Shown piece after piece: positions 58,822 to 64,000 of a stretch of 64,000 bases of DNA. The notes under the pieces are model-generated. The model had not been told where the DNA came from. It saw only the letters and a list, made by a program, of their open reading frames with translations, and made no database searches. Within the stretch, counting starts at the first letter, position 1, and every line of letters starts with the position of its first letter. Position numbers and translations under genes: made by a program. This stretch comes from an uncultured Erysipelotrichaceae bacterium (GTDB lineage Bacteria > Bacillota_I > Bacilli_A > RFN20 > CAG-826), in NCBI GenBank assembly GCA_900316365.1, contig ONCO01000004.1:74918-138917 (forward strand). Direction: 5' to 3'.

Positions 58822-60210
58822 TTAAGCGGACTTTTTACCATCCTTTGTTTTGAAGATGGACACCTTTCCTTTGTTGGCTTCTTTCGCCTGGTACAACGCC
58901 TCGTCGGCTTTCTTGAATAAGGTGTCGGTATTGTCATCGGCTTCGCCAAAGGCCACGCCGAAACTCATGGTTGGAATGAATTCCTCAAAGGCTTTCTCAA
59001 GCTCTTTGTTGACGCTATTGCACTTCTCGATGATGGCCTTCTCGTAATTCTTGCTGACGCCTTCAAGAAGAACAGCAAATTCATCGCCACCAATACGGAA
59101 GACGTTTGCATTCTTTGAATGGAAGTATTTGCTTAAGGCTTTGCCGACCCGCACAAGCGCGGCGTCGCCGCTAGCGTGGCCGAAACTATCATTGATAAGC
59201 TTGAATTGGTCGATATCCAAAAGGACATAGGCGCATTTATCCAATTTAACCTGGCTAAAAATCTTGTCGTAGCCGGTGCGGTTATATAGGCCGGTGAGTT
59301 TGTCGTGCTCCGCCTCGAAGGACAACCTTTCTTGGGTGGTGGCGTTTAGATCATAGAAATGGTTAAAGGCTTCGGCGAGATAACGGTATTCCTTGCTGCC
59401 CTGGACGCGGACCTTTTCATTGCCGTTAATTTTCTTTACGGCGATTCTGACAGGCCTAATCAAGAAAACAAACATACCTCCCACGAGCAAGACCCCGAAC
59501 AAGACGTTAACGCCAATAACCACCTGCTGAAATACCAAAATGACCTTCAAATCATAGGCGGACTGGACAACGTTATTCTCAAGCATTTCATCCAAGATAT
59601 CGATCGCCGCTTGGATGTTACCGATGATGAAACCTTTGGACTCGTTGTATCCCTCACCAAAGACAAGCTCAGTTGCGGTATCTATTTTGTCTTCCGGGGT
59701 GGCAGCCGAGTCAGCCTCTTTGAGTTGGACATTCTTGATGGCAGCAGGAACATCGGCGTCGTTAACATCTTCACCGTTAGCCTCCATAACAAGGCGCATT
59801 GCATAGTATTCCTGGTCCATCAAATGAATGGATTCGGCAACAGCATCCTCGAGGTGGTTGGTCACGCTTTCGACGTTGAATTTATTCTCGAGCGATTCCA
59901 AAGCGTTCTCTCTACGTTTGCTGTCGGATTCAATGAAATAGTTTTTGTAATACTTCTCTTCGCCAGTGACGACATAAGACCTAACCTGTTCGGTTAGATA
60001 GTCGGAACCGGCTTGGACTTCTTGGGCATAACCCTTGTATTCCATGTAAGCGGAAGTCGAATCGATGACATGGCGGTATCTATTGGATAACAAAAAGAGA
60101 GAGGTAATAAGAGCGCCTGTGATAACGGCGCCGACAAGGGTGATGATTAGGCCAACCGTTTTAAGGGATATCACGCCACGGCCAGTCGCTTCTTTCTTCT
60201 CTTTCTTCAT
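58822..60210 (-). CDS. Diguanylate cyclase with extracellular sensor domain
   Basis: TM-sensor-TM; DKLTGLYNR; DIDQFKLINDSFGHASGD; RIGGDEF. Confidence 0.9.
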   Translation of the reverse strand: MKKEKKEATGRGVISLKTVGLIITLVGAVITGALITSLFLLSNRYRHVIDSTSAYMEYKGYAQEVQAGSDYLTEQVRSYVVTGEEKYYKNYFIESDSKRRENALESLENKFNVESVTNHLEDAVAESIHLMDQEYYAMRLVMEANGEDVNDADVPAAIKNVQLKEADSAATPEDKIDTATELVFGEGYNESKGFIIGNIQAAIDILDEMLENNVVQSAYDLKVILVFQQVVIGVNVLFGVLLVGGMFVFLIRPVRIAVKKINGNEKVRVQGSKEYRYLAEAFNHFYDLNATTQERLSFEAEHDKLTGLYNRTGYDKIFSQVKLDKCAYVLLDIDQFKLINDSFGHASGDAALVRVGKALSKYFHSKNANVFRIGGDEFAVLLEGVSKNYEKAIIEKCNSVNKELEKAFEEFIPTMSFGVAFGEADDNTDTLFKKADEALYQAKEANKGKVSIFKTKDGKKSA

Positions 60211-60424
60211 AGCAAAAAGGTGGTAGTCGAAATACTGAGACTAATAATGCCACTAATACTTTACTCTTCAATTACCAATTTCCACTCAAAAATGATACTT
60301 TTTCGCAAATTCCAGCAATAATCTAACTTTTTTTCTGGCAAAACATTTATTAATCTGGCAACTAAAAAGATAAGTTGACGCTTTTAGTCAAAATGTGGTG
60401 CAAGCAAATAGGTTAACCACTATC

Positions 60425-60458
60425 AGAAAGACCGAGTTTTTAGGCTCGGTCTCTCTTT
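60425..60458. terminator. Intrinsic terminator after amt-glnK
   Basis: AGACCGAG/CTCGGTCT stem. Confidence 0.65.
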
Positions 60459-60476
60459 GTGTTGTTTATCTATTTA

Positions 60477-62216
60477 CTACTCAACGTCTTGCAAGGCGTC
60501 ATAACCTTCTTCGCCGGTTCTAACCTTAACGACGTTCTCGACGTCATAGACGAAGATCTTTCCATCGCCAATGTGGCCGGTATAAAGGACACTCTTGGCC
60601 GTATCGATGACATCCCTGACCGGGATTTTGCTAACAACTATATCAACCTGCACTTTTGGCATTAAGTTGCTATCGATGGCGACACCTCTATACATTTCGG
60701 TTCGGCCCTGCTGGATGCCGAATCCCATAACGTGGGAAACGGTCATGCCAGTGATCCCAAGTTTGCTCATGGCATCCTTTAAGGCATACAAACGCTCTTC
60801 CTTGAAGATAATCTCGACTTTCGTAAACTTCGGCGAGGACGACTTCTTGGTGTTCGCAGGTTTCTCCAGATGCGTCACATCCATTACTTCAACAGCCTTA
60901 GAAGGTGGCACATCACCATAGACGGTCGCGCCTTTAAGGGAATCAGCATAAGCAACGGTCGACGGAGCGAAGTCCGCATAAGCGGATGGTAATCCGTGCT
61001 CAGTCTTATCAAGGCCATCGATTTCCTCGCTTCTATCAACGCGTAAGCCAATGGTCTTTCTGATTAGCAAGAAGCAGCAAAGCATTAAGGCAACCGTATA
61101 AGCCGCAACAGCGATAACGCCTAAGCACTGAACGCCGAGCTGATACCATTTGCCAGTGTAGAATAAGCCCTCTAAGCCTGCTGGAGCATCTGGGTTAGCC
61201 AACAAACCAACCGCAATCGTGCCCCAGATACCGTTGGCCATATGGACGCCAACCGCACCAACCGGGTCGTCGATATGAAGCTTGATATCGAGCAACTCAA
61301 CAACAACGACAACTAAGATGCCAGAGACGATACCAACGATGGTCGCGCCGAGAGCGTCTAGTGCTTCACAGCCGGCGGTGATACCAACTAAGCCCGCCAA
61401 GCAGGCGTTAATACACATAGAGACATCAGGTTTACCGTTTTTAACCCACGTGAAGATCATCGTGGTAACGGTGGCAATCGCCGGAGCGATAGTCGTATTC
61501 AAGAAGATGGTTGCAAGTTCGGATGGAGTGGTCGCGGCAGCGCCGTTGAAACCATACCAACCAAACCAAAGGATGAAAGCACCTAAGGCGCCTAATGGGA
61601 TAGAGTGGCCTGGGATAGCGTTGACTTTGATGACCTTCCCGTTGTCGTCATAGACGTATTTGCCAAGACGTGGACCAAGCAAGATCGCTCCGATTAAAGC
61701 GGAGATACCGCCCACCATGTGGATTGCCGTAGAACCGGCGTAATCATGGAATCCAATGCTGGCCAACCAACCGCTTTCGTTCCAAATCCAGTGAGCCTCG
61801 ATCGGATAAACGATAAGAGAGATGATGGCCGAATAAATGCAATAAGCAGAGAACTTGGTACGTTCCGCCATAGAGCCAGAGACGATCGTGGCAGCCGTCG
61901 CGCAGAAGACCAAGTTGAAGACGAACTTCGAAGCATAGGTGAATCCTTCGGCAGGACTCTTGATGAATTCGGCGAAGTGGATGAATAGGTCGAGGTTAGG
62001 AATACCGATAATTCCGAACAAAGTATCCTCGCTCATCATTAAGCCAAAGCCTAAGATCATGAAGACCGCTGTGCCGATGCAGAAGTCCATGAGGTTCTTC
62101 ATGATGATGTTTCCGGCGTTCTTGGCTCTAGTGAAGCCAGTCTCAACCATTGCGAAGCCAGCCTGCATGAAGAATACCAGCGCGGCTCCAATCAAATACC
62201 AAAACTCAATAGTCAT
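60477..62216 (-). CDS. amt: Ammonium transporter fused to a C-terminal PII (GlnK/GlnB) domain
   Basis: FFMQAGFAMVETG; DYAGSTAIH; WFGWYGFN; DDPVGAVGVH; then KVEII..G.TV..V.GFG.Q.G..E.YRG..PKV..GHIGDGKIFV. Confidence 0.93.
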   Translation of the reverse strand: MTIEFWYLIGAALVFFMQAGFAMVETGFTRAKNAGNIIMKNLMDFCIGTAVFMILGFGLMMSEDTLFGIIGIPNLDLFIHFAEFIKSPAEGFTYASKFVFNLVFCATAATIVSGSMAERTKFSAYCIYSAIISLIVYPIEAHWIWNESGWLASIGFHDYAGSTAIHMVGGISALIGAILLGPRLGKYVYDDNGKVIKVNAIPGHSIPLGALGAFILWFGWYGFNGAAATTPSELATIFLNTTIAPAIATVTTMIFTWVKNGKPDVSMCINACLAGLVGITAGCEALDALGATIVGIVSGILVVVVVELLDIKLHIDDPVGAVGVHMANGIWGTIAVGLLANPDAPAGLEGLFYTGKWYQLGVQCLGVIAVAAYTVALMLCCFLLIRKTIGLRVDRSEEIDGLDKTEHGLPSAYADFAPSTVAYADSLKGATVYGDVPPSKAVEVMDVTHLEKPANTKKSSSPKFTKVEIIFKEERLYALKDAMSKLGITGMTVSHVMGFGIQQGRTEMYRGVAIDSNLMPKVQVDIVVSKIPVRDVIDTAKSVLYTGHIGDGKIFVYDVENVVKVRTGEEGYDALQDVE

Positions 62217-62525
62217 TTCGTTTTGCCCCCAACCATTGTTTCCATTTCTTCCAAACGTCGAATTCGCTCTTTGCTATATATCCCTAAAACGCATTTTCGG
62301 AATTGGATTATAGCGTATTGTCGTATTTTTCTCCGTTTCTCAAAAATTTCATGATGAAATTATGCATTTCCGAGAGTTTTAGTCAACATCAAACTCTTTC
62401 TTTATATCTAAATTACGGTTTTATCGTATCTTTTTTCGGAGTACGTTTTACCTTCGTTGTCTTTTTCTATTTTTATAATAGGTCTATTTTCGTGCTTTTT
62501 GGCCACTTTTACGTATAAGAAATAG

Positions 62526-62552
62526 AAACGGGAGTAATTTTCACTCCCGTTT
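62526..62552. terminator. Intrinsic terminator after the third GGDEF gene
   Basis: AAACGGGAGT/ACTCCCGTTT. Confidence 0.75.
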
Positions 62553-62595
62553 TTGCTATTCTTGGATGAGGCCAAGCCTCTATATGTCTCCCCTC

Positions 62596-63648
62596 CTACT
62601 TTTTGGAGGTCTTTTTATTCTTCTTTGGGCTATAGACGGTTCTGTTCTTACCGCTATGTTTGCCGGTATACATCTTCTCGTCCGCGGCCATGACCCATTC
62701 CTCCAAGGTCATGCCTTCGGAATAATTGACCGCACCAATGGTGATGGTGACGTGGATCTTCTCGCCTTCGAACTCGAATTCTTCCTTCTCGATTCTCTTT
62801 CTTAAGGCCTCTAATTTCTCTAAGACGGAACCGCTGATGACCGCGACAAACTCCTCGCCGCCATAACGGCAAACGAATTCATCACCCACTTCGTCGGAAG
62901 CGATTTCCGCGATCCTTTTTAAGACGAGGTCCCCTGCCGCGTGGCCATAATGGTCGTTGACGAATTTGAAGTCATCAATGTCAAAGAGGGCGATGGCCTG
63001 CTCATCCTTATCATCAATTTCTTCGTAATAGTCATAAAGACCATAACGATTGCTGATCTGAGTAAGCTCATCGGTTCTGGATTCATTGAGAATCTTATCC
63101 TCCAACGATATGGCGTACCTCACGAACACCGTGAGATAGCAAGCAACGAAAGCGAAGACAATGATCGCGTTGGTGATAAACAAAGTCATCCTAAGCCAGC
63201 TGTCGATTGAGTAATAAGGTTTGTTGAATTCGGAGACCAGATAAATGGTTAGGTAAATAGCAACCGATAGACCGACCCAGATGATCGAGTTTCTGATCTG
63301 GTCCTTCTTAGAAAAATAAGACGTGAAGAACGAGACGACGCATAAACCGATTAAATAGAAATGGAAGCCTGTATCGAAGCCAAGCATCAACGTAGTCGCG
63401 GTGATATAGGCGAAGAACTCGTTGCCGCAGAGCAAGGCGTACAAATAGTATTTCTTATGCTTGACGAGCAAGAAGCATAGCAAATATATGACTATCGTCC
63501 CAGCGGTTATGCCAGCAATGATATAAAGCTTGGCAACGAGGAAAAGGACGAGGTAAAACACGCGCAAAATCAGATAGCTGATATTCGCCCAAAGGCAGGT
63601 TTTGTCGATCGTTCTGTAGTGATGTTTCTTATCAGCTTTGATTGACAT
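62596..63648 (-). CDS. Membrane-anchored diguanylate cyclase (GGEEF)
   Basis: Six TM helices; DELTQISNR; DIDDFKFVNDHYGHAAGD; RYGGEEF. Start moved to ATG 63648. Confidence 0.9.
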   Translation of the reverse strand: MSIKADKKHHYRTIDKTCLWANISYLILRVFYLVLFLVAKLYIIAGITAGTIVIYLLCFLLVKHKKYYLYALLCGNEFFAYITATTLMLGFDTGFHFYLIGLCVVSFFTSYFSKKDQIRNSIIWVGLSVAIYLTIYLVSEFNKPYYSIDSWLRMTLFITNAIIVFAFVACYLTVFVRYAISLEDKILNESRTDELTQISNRYGLYDYYEEIDDKDEQAIALFDIDDFKFVNDHYGHAAGDLVLKRIAEIASDEVGDEFVCRYGGEEFVAVISGSVLEKLEALRKRIEKEEFEFEGEKIHVTITIGAVNYSEGMTLEEWVMAADEKMYTGKHSGKNRTVYSPKKNKKTSKK

Positions 63649-63823
63649 AAAAATCCCCCGAAATCTTTTCTGCTTATCTAAGCAGCGTTTGTTTCCCCTG
63701 TCCTTAGTATACAATGGCGTCAGCGAATGGGCTGCAATAACGCTTAAAAAGCCTTGGCTCTATCTCGCAAAAGAAAAAACCGAACCGCACAGATAATATG
63801 CGATTCGGATGTTGATTATTGTT

Positions 63824-63899
63824 TGGTGGAGCATAGCGGGATCGAACCGCCGACCTCCTCGTTGCGAACGAGGCGCTCTCCCAGCTGAGCTAATGCCCC
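63824..63899 (-). tRNA. tRNA-Ala (anticodon CGC)
   Basis: 76-nt cloverleaf GGGGCAT..., anticodon loop TT-CGC-AA, T-loop GGTTCGATCCC, G3:U70 pair and encoded CCA. Confidence 0.96.
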
Positions 63900-63923
63900 A
63901 AACCTGCGAAAAATCGCCCTGTC

Positions 63924-63952
63924 ATTATAGACATGTGCCCGCGCGTCTTCAA
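63924..63952 (-). promoter_or_regulatory. SigA promoter for tRNA-Ala
   Basis: TTGAAG-17-TATAAT on the minus strand. Confidence 0.7.
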
Positions 63953-64000
63953 TGACGAGAATTAAAAGTGGCCTTGTTTCAAAGAATTGCCCCGACGCCG

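Noticed and set aside
62217-62520. AT-rich region upstream of amt, checked for a GlnR/TnrA box and for the small ORF 62303-62518
   Set aside because: No TGTNA-N7-TNACA match was seen; the ORF is low-complexity, lacks an RBS and lies on the strand opposite its neighbours.

Overview
This is a 64 kb window of a bacterial chromosome using the standard genetic code (rpmJ, infA and adk end in TGA stops). The lineage is most consistent with a reduced-genome, gut/rumen-type member of Bacilli, possibly RFN20/CAG-826-like; that placement is inference. From the start, it holds the 5' part of an electron-bifurcating [FeFe]-hydrogenase operon (hydC-hydB-hydA), then the S10-spc-alpha ribosomal supercluster, which lacks rpmD and rpsD and has several Lys/Ala/Glu-rich protein extensions. 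Next come a tgt-queA-queH operon, glnA, rimK, mscL, a class III ribonucleotide reductase with a C-terminal glutaredoxin-like domain plus trxB, and a large SF1 helicase-nuclease. The remainder holds nrdG, ppa, an MFS/GT2/GH3 sugar cluster, thyA-folA, three GGDEF proteins, an Amt-PII fusion and tRNA-Ala(CGC). The standout is a ~1.2 kb non-coding unit on the minus strand (~28986 to ~27787), bounded by a perfect TTGACA-16-TATAAT promoter and an intrinsic terminator. It consists of nine ~130-nt modules that differ in sequence but share one fold: a GNRA-capped arm, a hairpin, AAGAA, a second hairpin and GAACC, with a covarying pseudoknot. I cannot match it to a known RNA family by eye. All structures were paired manually; no folding or database search was run.
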